From: Promethearchaeati archaeon
GTDB lineage: Archaea > Asgardarchaeota > Heimdallarchaeia > JABLTI01
Length of the DNA: 41,923 bases
NCBI GenBank assembly: GCA_013166835.1
Contig: JABLTI010000013.1
Coordinates: 1-41,923 of the forward strand
Direction: 5' to 3'
Shown here: positions 28,868 to 36,954 of the stretch, in pieces
How positions within the stretch are numbered: position 1 is the first letter of the stretch
Layout: each line of letters starts with the position of its first letter
Notes under the pieces: model-generated
What the model was told of the DNA's origin: nothing
The model's database searches: none
Seen by the model: the letters and a program-made list of their open reading frames with translations, nothing else
Program-made: the position numbers and the translations under genes

Positions 28868-31003
28868 GTGAATATAGTGTTGGAAGATAAGAAAAGATAT
28901 CTAATAACTAGCGCCTTGCCTTATGTCAACACTGTGAAACATCTCGGGAACTTAGTTTCCTCGTTATTGCCCGCTGATATTTTAGCGAGATATCTTAGGC
29001 AAAGAGGAGAAGAAGTTCTAGCAGTATGTGGAACAGACGATCATGGTACACCCGCAGAGGTTTCAGCATTAGAGGTTGGAATGCCAGTAGAAAAATACGT
29101 TGAGCAAATGTCCAAAAAACAGAAGGACATCTATGAACGCTTCGGCCTTTCCTACGACATATTTAGTAGAACACATACACAAGAAAATACTGAGACAACA
29201 CAACATCTCTTTCTTAAATTGCATGAGAATGGACATATCAAAGAAAAAGAAGTACAATCCTTGTATTGTATAAACTGCAAAAGAAACTTACCTGATAGAT
29301 ATGTTAAAGGCACTTGTCCTAATTGTAAATATGAACATGCTCGTGGAGACCAATGTGAAAATTGTTCAAAAGTATTAGATGGAATCGATTTAATTAATCC
29401 AAAATGTATAATTTGTGGTGAAAGCAACACCGAAATTAGAATTGAAAATCATCTCTTTCTAGATCTTGGAGGTTTAGAAGGGAAAATCAAAGCATGGGTT
29501 GATACACATAAAGATTGGCCAAAAACAACTTTATCTATAGCAAATAGTTGGTTAAAAGAGGGTTTGCGACCTCGTAGTATATCCAGGAATATTAAATGGG
29601 GTATACCAATACCACTTGATGGCTATCGCGATAAAGTCTTCTATGTTTGGTTTGATGCTCCAATAGGATACATTTCCATTACAAAGCAATGGGCGAAACA
29701 ACAAGGCAAGCCTAAACTTTGGGAGAAATATTGGAAGGATCCAGATACTTATCTCATTAATTTCATTGGAAAAGACAATGTTCCATTTCATGTAATAACA
29801 TTTCCAGCAACACTAACTGGTGCCAATGATGGAATAATTTTAGCTGATTATGTTAAGGCATTCCAATGGCTAAATTATGAAAGATCGAAGTTTTCATCAA
29901 GTCAAGGAGTAGGAATATTTACTGATACAGCATTGGAATTATACCCAGCAGATTATTGGCGATACTACATAATGAAGATAGCACCGGAAAGACATGATAC
30001 AGATTTTCTTTGGACAGAATTCAGAGATAGCATAAACAATGATCTTGCAGATATTCTTGGAAATTTTGTGCACCGAACTTTAACTTTCATTAATAATAAT
30101 TTTGAAGGAAAAATTCCTGTAAGAAATGAACTAGAAAAGGAAGATAAAGATATTCTCTCATTACTAGAAAAAACAGCAAAGAAAGCAGATTCTGAAATGA
30201 GGGAATTGGAATTCCAAAGAACACTGCTAACTATATTCGATTTTGCTCGAGAATGCAATAAATACTTCCAAAGCAAGAAACCATGGGCCAACTTGAAAAA
30301 CAATAATATTAAAAGAGCAGCAACAACTTTGAGTATTTGTGCGCAATGCAGTCGAGGATTAGCTGTTTTGTTAGCACCTTACATCCCATTTTCTACAGAA
30401 GAAATCTTTGAACAACTAAATCTAAAGGAAAGTATTCACAAGCAATCATGGTTCTCAGTAACTGAGAAAATTCCAAACGGCCATAAAGTGAAACAAGATA
30501 TTCACCCAATTTTTCAAAAAATAGAACTTGAAGAGATAATCGAACTTGGATTAAAGTGGGGTAGTGAATCAATTAAAGAACTCCTAGAGAAGAATCCAAA
30601 TCTTGATCCTTTGAAAAAGAAGAAAAAACATGCACCTAAAAAAATAGAACAAAAGAAGAAGGTAGAAAAAGTGACTAAAGATTTAATTTCGTTTAAAGAA
30701 TTCCAAAAACTCGATTTAAGAGTTGGAACAATCAAGACAGTAGAACCTGTAAAAGATGCAGATAAACTTGTAAAAATCATTGTTGACATTGGAACTGAAG
30801 AAAGACAGATTGTCGCAGGCATTGCAGAGCGATACAAACCAGATGAATTAATTGGAAAACAAATCATTGTCGTAGTCAACTTAGAACCAGCTAAAATAAG
30901 AGGAGTGGAATCCAACGGTATGCTATTAGCCGCATCTGCTGATCCAGAGATTTCAGTACTCGTTCCTCTTAGAGAAGTTCCAGATGGCTCAAAAGTAAGA
31001 TAA
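28868..31003 (+). CDS. metG: Methionyl-tRNA synthetase with C-terminal tRNA-binding domain
   Basis: SALPYVN..HLGN, Zn knuckles, YVWFDA, GKDN, KFSSS, C-terminal OB domain (VNLEPAKIRGVESNGM). Confidence 0.97.
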   Translation: MNIVLEDKKRYLITSALPYVNTVKHLGNLVSSLLPADILARYLRQRGEEVLAVCGTDDHGTPAEVSALEVGMPVEKYVEQMSKKQKDIYERFGLSYDIFSRTHTQENTETTQHLFLKLHENGHIKEKEVQSLYCINCKRNLPDRYVKGTCPNCKYEHARGDQCENCSKVLDGIDLINPKCIICGESNTEIRIENHLFLDLGGLEGKIKAWVDTHKDWPKTTLSIANSWLKEGLRPRSISRNIKWGIPIPLDGYRDKVFYVWFDAPIGYISITKQWAKQQGKPKLWEKYWKDPDTYLINFIGKDNVPFHVITFPATLTGANDGIILADYVKAFQWLNYERSKFSSSQGVGIFTDTALELYPADYWRYYIMKIAPERHDTDFLWTEFRDSINNDLADILGNFVHRTLTFINNNFEGKIPVRNELEKEDKDILSLLEKTAKKADSEMRELEFQRTLLTIFDFARECNKYFQSKKPWANLKNNNIKRAATTLSICAQCSRGLAVLLAPYIPFSTEEIFEQLNLKESIHKQSWFSVTEKIPNGHKVKQDIHPIFQKIELEEIIELGLKWGSESIKELLEKNPNLDPLKKKKKHAPKKIEQKKKVEKVTKDLISFKEFQKLDLRVGTIKTVEPVKDADKLVKIIVDIGTEERQIVAGIAERYKPDELIGKQIIVVVNLEPAKIRGVESNGMLLAASADPEISVLVPLREVPDGSKVR

Positions 31004-31072
31004 ATACACAATTATTACAAAGAAATTATCCATATAAGTAATGTAAAAGTAAATAGCTTTTACATTCTCTTT

Positions 31073-31333
31073 CTATTTTTGTAATGAGAGTAGGATCAGT
31101 GCGGCAATAATTCCTCTTCTCGCTAATTCAACTTTAAAAGGATCCCTTTCAAGAACATCACATAAAGCTTTCCAGCGAACGACAGTATCAAAACTTGCAG
31201 GATATTTACTTAAACAAAAAACAGCTGCAACAATCCCCTTGTCTCTCTCTTCTTTAAATTGTCTTTGAGTTAGAAGATCGTAAAATGTTTTCCAACGGAT
31301 AGCAGCATCTAATTCGGGAATTCTTTTAGCCAT
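31073..31333 (-). CDS. Small protein made of two tandem ~40-aa repeats
   Basis: D...RWK...D.L....FK.E...GI.AA...LS occurs twice. Confidence 0.7.
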   Translation of the reverse strand: MAKRIPELDAAIRWKTFYDLLTQRQFKEERDKGIVAAVFCLSKYPASFDTVVRWKALCDVLERDPFKVELARRGIIAALILLSLQK

Positions 31334-31600
31334 GTTGTATCAGCCTAATTTTTTTGGTTCTTTTTTCTGTTCTATAATTAATATTTAATTATTCAAAAAA
31401 TCTTTCGATGTAAGATTGTTTCATAAAGAAATGCGAAGTTGAGTTAATAAATCTAATTTTAGGAGTAAAATCTTAGGAAAATCATTTTCAGTCATTCCGA
31501 AAAGCTTTCAAATCAGTTAACATTTTGAAAATTACCAAGATAGAAAAAGAATAATACTAGTATCTGAAAATATAAATAGAAATCTCAGAAGATGAAATAA

Positions 31601-32068
31601 ATGGAACTCAGTGAAGACGACTTTTGGGCAAGATTAGCAATTGAAGCAGGTGAAATGAAAAAAGAACAACCGAACTTCACACCAGTAAACGGTGATACAA
31701 GGGTATGGAGAGGATTCCTTATTGGAACAGGAATTTATTCTGGGGGAGTATTCCAATTTGAATTGCGATTACCAAGATCGTTTCCATTTAAACCACCCAA
31801 AGGTAAAGCTATAACTCCAATTTGGCATCCGAATATTTTCAAAGAACGTATTTGTATTGGGATTTTAGGAAAAGATTGGACCCCTGCAAGTAATCTTGTT
31901 GATGTTGTTGAGTCTCTAAGATTTTTGTTGTCAAATCCAAATCCGGACGATCCATTAAATACAACTGCAGCAAAGGAATTCAAAAATAATCGTAAAGAGT
32001 TCGAAAGAAAAGCAAAACAGTATATTGAGAAATATGCGACGTGGGATGAGCTTGGAAGAGGTACCTAA
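31601..32068 (+). CDS. Ubiquitin-conjugating enzyme E2
   Basis: Y.GG.F, FPFKPP, WHPNI, catalytic Cys in RICIGIL, W.PA, PNPDDPLN. Confidence 0.93.
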   Translation: MELSEDDFWARLAIEAGEMKKEQPNFTPVNGDTRVWRGFLIGTGIYSGGVFQFELRLPRSFPFKPPKGKAITPIWHPNIFKERICIGILGKDWTPASNLVDVVESLRFLLSNPNPDDPLNTTAAKEFKNNRKEFERKAKQYIEKYATWDELGRGT

Positions 32069-32471
32069 TTCATTTTTCTCCTTTGAGTCAAAAGAAATTG
32101 GAAATGAAATTTACATTCAATTCTTTTTTGCCTCTTTCTAAACCCATTTTATAAGGGAATATTCTATATTAAATGGGAAATTTCACTCCTAATAATGCAA
32201 TAATAGTCAGCTGGTATTAATCTCCCATCCGCTCTATGAGAGATAATCGCTTTTAGGATCGCGACATGCAGTTTGGGGTGGTCTTTCCCGCAATTCTCAT
32301 TTGAGTTGCTAAAACAACAAAATAGTATAAGTTATCTCTCAAAAAAGCGGTACAGAACATTTTAGGGAAAAGTTTTAGATTCCTCCCTCTTATTTCATTT
32401 TGTTTTAAATAACTTGGAAAGATTTATTTGTAAAACGATTATCCCTAATCATACTAGCTTGGTGTTTTAAG

Positions 32472-33032
32472 ATGACTAATCTCTGGACCGATGTAAAAAC
32501 AGGACCTAATCCACCCGAAATTGTCTATGGGGTAATTGAAACTCCTCAAGGATCGAAGAATAAATTCGAATTTGATAAAGATATTATGGCTATTTATCTT
32601 GATCGAGTATTATTTTCTTCAGTTGTATTTCCAATTTCCTATGGGTTTATACCTAGAACTTTGGGAGATGACAAAGATCCTTTAGACATCATGGTTTTAA
32701 TAACAGAGCCTACTTTTCCTGGATGTGTAGTCTCAGCTAGACCCATTGGTGTCTTACGAATGAAAGATGAAAAGGGCAATGATGATAAAATTATAGCTGT
32801 TGCAGAAAATGATCCAAGACTTGCAGAAGCACAAGATTTAGATTGGATTCCAAAACATCAACTCATAGAAATCAAAGAGTTCTTCAGAGATTATAAGAAA
32901 TTAGAAAAAGGAAAGAAAACTGAAGTATTAGGATGGGAAGATAAGGATTCAGCTTATGAAATTATAAATGAATCCATCAAATTATTCATTGAGAAATATT
33001 TCTTAATTATGAACAAGAAGTTTGAGAAGTAA
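32472..33032 (+). CDS. ppa: Soluble inorganic pyrophosphatase (family I)
   Basis: E.P.GS.NK, LDR, YGFIPRT, DDKDPLD, D.KIIAV, FF..YK.LE. Confidence 0.96.
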   Translation: MTNLWTDVKTGPNPPEIVYGVIETPQGSKNKFEFDKDIMAIYLDRVLFSSVVFPISYGFIPRTLGDDKDPLDIMVLITEPTFPGCVVSARPIGVLRMKDEKGNDDKIIAVAENDPRLAEAQDLDWIPKHQLIEIKEFFRDYKKLEKGKKTEVLGWEDKDSAYEIINESIKLFIEKYFLIMNKKFEK

Positions 33033-33101
33033 AGATAGAATTTTAACTTTTTGCTAAATACCTCATTAATAAAATTAAATAGGCAACACAATCTGAAAGA
33101 C

Positions 33102-34061
33102 ATGGTAACAATGATTGGTGCTGAAAACCTAACAAAATACTATGGAGACTTTTTAGCTGTTGATCATATAAATTTCGAGATTAAGGAAGGAGAAATCTTT
33201 GGATTTTTGGGACCGAATGGTGCTGGTAAAACAACTACAATACGCATGCTTGCTGCGATTTTCCCTCCATCAGAAGGTTCTGCTAATGTTGCTGGTTTTG
33301 ATATCAACGATGATGCTATGTCTGTTAGAGCCAATGTAGGAATCCTTTCTGAGAATCCTAGTCTCTATGAAAGATTGACTGCCCGAGCTAATCTAGATTT
33401 TTTTGCCAAACTTTATGATGTTCCTAAAGATCAAATTGATGCGCGAATCGAATCTTTAGGTGAATTATTTGATCTAAAAACCAGATTAGATGAAAGAGTA
33501 GGAACTTACTCTAAAGGCATGAAGCAGAAATTAGCTATTGCTCGAGCATTAATTCATGACCCAAAAATACTATTCTTGGATGAACCAACATCTGCTTTAT
33601 CCCCGGAAGCAGCTAAATCTATCCGAGATCTATTAACTGATTTAGCTAAAGACAGATCAAGAACAGTTTGCATATGCACACATAATTTATTTGATGCAGA
33701 GAGACTATGTGATCGTGTTGCCATCATAAGAGAGGGGAAAATACTAACTATTGGTTCACCAGGAGAAATAAGCAATAATTATTCGGGTCCACCCACAATT
33801 CAAATTAGTTTTTCCGAATTAAACAAGGAGCTTGTTACATCTATTTCCAAATCAGAGGGAGTTATTTCGGTAGAACAACATTCTATTAAAAATGAAGTTT
33901 CAATTAAATTGGAGAATCATGAGAAGTACACCCCTTCATTACTAGCTGATCTCATTTCAAAGAAAGCTCAAATCTTGGAAGTAAAACCAATCTATGCTTC
34001 CCTTGAAGAAGCTTATCTAAAACTCATAGAGGAGGATATAATTAATGGGCTTGAGACTTAG
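33102..34061 (+). CDS. ABC-2 (DrrA/NatA-like) transporter ATP-binding protein
   Basis: GPNGAGKTT, YSKGMKQK, LFLDEPT, CTH; ATG 33102 more plausible than TTG 33051. Confidence 0.93.
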   Translation: MVTMIGAENLTKYYGDFLAVDHINFEIKEGEIFGFLGPNGAGKTTTIRMLAAIFPPSEGSANVAGFDINDDAMSVRANVGILSENPSLYERLTARANLDFFAKLYDVPKDQIDARIESLGELFDLKTRLDERVGTYSKGMKQKLAIARALIHDPKILFLDEPTSALSPEAAKSIRDLLTDLAKDRSRTVCICTHNLFDAERLCDRVAIIREGKILTIGSPGEISNNYSGPPTIQISFSELNKELVTSISKSEGVISVEQHSIKNEVSIKLENHEKYTPSLLADLISKKAQILEVKPIYASLEEAYLKLIEEDIINGLET

Positions 34062-34857
34062 GAAAGCGTTTCTCTTAACGCGGAAAGAGCTCAAAGAATC
34101 ACTCAAGAGCAAAGAAGTGATTTTAATTATCACACTTATGCCACTAATGTTTGCAGTGATTATGCCGTTATGTATACCACTTGTAAATTATACAATACCA
34201 ACTGAAGCATTTACTGAAGACGATTTTGAATCGTTCCCTGCACTTGTTCCATATTGGGATGAATTAGATTCCAAAGGGCGTTTCTTGATTTTCTTTACAA
34301 TGATATTTTTTGAATCATTCTTATTACTCCCCATGATTTTACCTATGGCAATTGCTGGTGATTCGATAGCAGGGGAACGAGAAAGAAAAACAATCGAATC
34401 ATTAATTGCGTCACCTCTGTCAACTGAAGAGATTGTACTTGGAAAATTGATGACAACAATGATTCCCTCTGTACTAATTACTTGGTTTTCTGGCATAATT
34501 TTCATGCTAATAGCAGATTTATCCCTTTATGGTACAATTGGCAGATTAGTTTTTCCAAATATGATGTCTGCTGTTTTGTTATTTGGTCTTTCGCCATTTT
34601 TCACTTTGATTACGACACAAACAATGATTATTGTATCTACAAGAGCAAGTGGTATGAGGGAAGCTCAACAACTAGGAAGTTTAGTGGTAATTCCTCTATA
34701 TCTCTTCATTCTAGGCGAGACTGCCCTTCTAGTGTTGTTAAAAGCTTATTGGACTGCAGTAACTTCTTCTATTTTGTTAATGTGTACGATTTTGCTTTTG
34801 CTCATTAATTTGAAGATTTTTGATAGAGAATACATGATTGCGAGTGTAAGAGGTTAA
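34045..34857 (+). CDS. ABC-2 transporter permease
   Basis: DSIAGERERKTIESLIASP...GK; 6 TM; overlaps the ATPase stop. Confidence 0.9.
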   Translation: MGLRLRKAFLLTRKELKESLKSKEVILIITLMPLMFAVIMPLCIPLVNYTIPTEAFTEDDFESFPALVPYWDELDSKGRFLIFFTMIFFESFLLLPMILPMAIAGDSIAGERERKTIESLIASPLSTEEIVLGKLMTTMIPSVLITWFSGIIFMLIADLSLYGTIGRLVFPNMMSAVLLFGLSPFFTLITTQTMIIVSTRASGMREAQQLGSLVVIPLYLFILGETALLVLLKAYWTAVTSSILLMCTILLLLINLKIFDREYMIASVRG

Positions 34858-34861
34858 AAAA

Positions 34862-35692
34862 ATGAGCAAAGAATTCTTCAGAAAAATAAGAAAAGATAAA
34901 GTCAAGACAATTTTTCGAAAAGAGATAAAGGAATTACTGAAGAATAAAGAGATTCTTGTCACGGTTATTATAATGCCAATTGTGTTTTCATTACTTATAC
35001 CATTAAGTATGATTACTTTGAATCTTGCAGAAGAGCAAGAGATTCCGGAAGGTGACCAAGTTTCGGAAATTTTTCGCAATCTTGCTCCTTTTTGGGATGA
35101 AAGTACTGATCTCCAAAAAGTTTCTATTGTTCAAGCAAATCTTTACCTAGCTTTTCTTATCATGATACCAATGATGGTTCCTATGGCTATCTCGAGTGAT
35201 AGTATTGCAGGTGAAAAAGAAAGAAAAACAATTGAGGGATTATTAGCAGCACCAATTACCAAAGAAGAAATTCTTATTGGGAAAGCTCTCGCAGCTGCTG
35301 TGCCTTCTATTGTCATTTCTTGGATTGCGGAGATAATTTACATCATTTTCACTGACATTGTAATCTATAATATTATGGGAAGGATAATTCTACCTAATCT
35401 TTTTGCGGCTATTATGTTCATCTTTTTAATGCCTACCCAGACATTATTATCAACTTTACTTATGACTTCATTCTCAAGCAGAGCAAGAGGATCAAGAGAA
35501 GCTTTACAGAAGAGTGGATTTTTCGCAATACCTATCATATTTATAGTTTCAGCTTTGATTTTTCTTCCACTATTAATTCATCCTTCATTAACACTTGCTT
35601 CTGAAGTTATTTTGATACTACTAATGTTTATTATCTTAAAAAGAGCAACAAAGAATTTTAATAGAAATAAACTGCTATCAGTTGGAAGTTAA
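34862..35692 (+). CDS. ABC-2 transporter permease (paralogue of the upstream permease)
   Basis: DSIAGEKERKTIEGLLAAP...GK; 6 TM. Confidence 0.9.
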   Translation: MSKEFFRKIRKDKVKTIFRKEIKELLKNKEILVTVIIMPIVFSLLIPLSMITLNLAEEQEIPEGDQVSEIFRNLAPFWDESTDLQKVSIVQANLYLAFLIMIPMMVPMAISSDSIAGEKERKTIEGLLAAPITKEEILIGKALAAAVPSIVISWIAEIIYIIFTDIVIYNIMGRIILPNLFAAIMFIFLMPTQTLLSTLLMTSFSSRARGSREALQKSGFFAIPIIFIVSALIFLPLLIHPSLTLASEVILILLMFIILKRATKNFNRNKLLSVGS

Positions 35693-35770
35693 GAAAGAGT
35701 CAATAGATTTATCAACCAAAAATAAAACGGTTAGAATATATGTCTGACAAAATCTTTCGGTGAGCTAGCA

Positions 35771-36481
35771 ATGAAAATAGAATTACTGAATCATCCAAAC
35801 GAGAAGCTTGCAGAAATTGCTATTAAAATGTGTAGGGGAAAAAAGAAAGTCGCTCTAAATGAATCTGTTAATGAAGATTTAATAAGAAGAGTTGTAGATT
35901 CAGGTCATGAATCTGTCGCAGAACATGTTAATTTTACTTTCAGAATTACAGGTTTAAGTAGAGTTACTTCTCATCAATTCGTTAGACACCGTATTGCTTC
36001 TTATTCTCAAGAAAGTCAAAGATATTCAGATCCTTTAGAAGTTAAAGATAAGTATTGGGCTGTTATTCCTGATTCAATTCAAGAAAATCCTGAAGCAAAA
36101 AAATTAGCAATTGATTTTCTGGAGGAATCCATAAGAGTGAGAAAGAAAATGGATGAATTAGGGATAAAACTAGAAGACTCGAGATACTTCTTACCGAATG
36201 CTACAAAAACAGCAATTGTTGTAACTATGAATGCTCGAACACTTTGGAATTTCTTTAATTTCAGAATTTGTAGTAGAGCTCAATGGGAAATAAGACGACT
36301 AGCTAAACTAATGTATTATTTGGTTAATGATGTTGCTCCTGCATTATTTAGTTGGTGGACTCCAAGATGCGAACGAGGATGTCCAGAAAAATGTGGAGAT
36401 CCAGTTTCAAATGAGATTGAAGAAGGTACTATCATCACTGGAAAAACTATTGAATATTTGCCTAAAGATAAAAGGGATTAA
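35771..36481 (+). CDS. thyX: FAD-dependent thymidylate synthase
   Basis: GHES..EH, RHRIASYSQESQRY, R..LP, MNAR, AQWEIR. Confidence 0.96.
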   Translation: MKIELLNHPNEKLAEIAIKMCRGKKKVALNESVNEDLIRRVVDSGHESVAEHVNFTFRITGLSRVTSHQFVRHRIASYSQESQRYSDPLEVKDKYWAVIPDSIQENPEAKKLAIDFLEESIRVRKKMDELGIKLEDSRYFLPNATKTAIVVTMNARTLWNFFNFRICSRAQWEIRRLAKLMYYLVNDVAPALFSWWTPRCERGCPEKCGDPVSNEIEEGTIITGKTIEYLPKDKRD

Positions 36482-36522
36482 TATTTCTCTCAAAATTTAA
36501 AATCCTCTTCTGAAACCATCCA
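36332..36522 (+). repeat. Diverged direct repeat, copy 1 (thyX 3' end + remnant of convergent gene end)
   Basis: Aligns without gaps to 39865-40055 (offset 3533). Confidence 0.92.
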
Positions 36523-36824
36523 TTGATAATTATGAGCTACAAATAAGTGATTCGAATACATTTGGTACTTTTCTTAAAAATATGATTGCAGAAGGAACTA
36601 ATAAATCTGTATTCGGTTTAGGTAAAGGCGCATTCTTCTTCCGAGTCTGGGTGGTTGACAATTATGGTGTAGTAAGTGATTGGAGGAATACTGAATTAAC
36701 AACTGTTAAATTGGCTACTGTATAGATCGATCTCATCATAGGTGGAGGATTACTAGTAATAGTGATCTTAATAGTGGTAATCTCTCTATTTGTTCAGCGG
36801 AAGAAAAGAACTCCATCAAGATAA
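36522..36824 (+). pseudogene. Remnant of FN3 + TM-anchor C-terminus of a paralogue of the LVIVD surface protein
   Basis: Translates IDNYELQIS...GLGKGAFFFRVWVVD...V*IDLIIGGGLLVIV...RKKRTPSR*, aligning to the 927-aa protein C-terminus; in-frame TAG at 36723-36725; 5' part missing. Confidence 0.85.
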
Positions 36825-36954
36825 TCTTACATATAGGTGCTATCTTAACATCTTTTTTCTTTTATTTAACCATTGTATTGATTTCTACGATAATCTTTTA
36901 TCTATTATCGTTTAATATATCTTTTATAAAACTATATTGAGGGCGATACAAACT

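Noticed and set aside
32221-32300. Resemblance to the FMN riboswitch 3' end (GGATGGGAGA on the minus strand) or the RNase P GGAAAG..C motif
   Set aside because: The other conserved elements of these RNAs are absent; kept only as an unassigned structured-RNA candidate
36723-36725. In-frame TAG as possible pyrrolysine/readthrough
   Set aside because: It aligns with a Trp (TGG) position in a 5'-truncated remnant; a simple nonsense mutation is more likely and no pyl genes are in view
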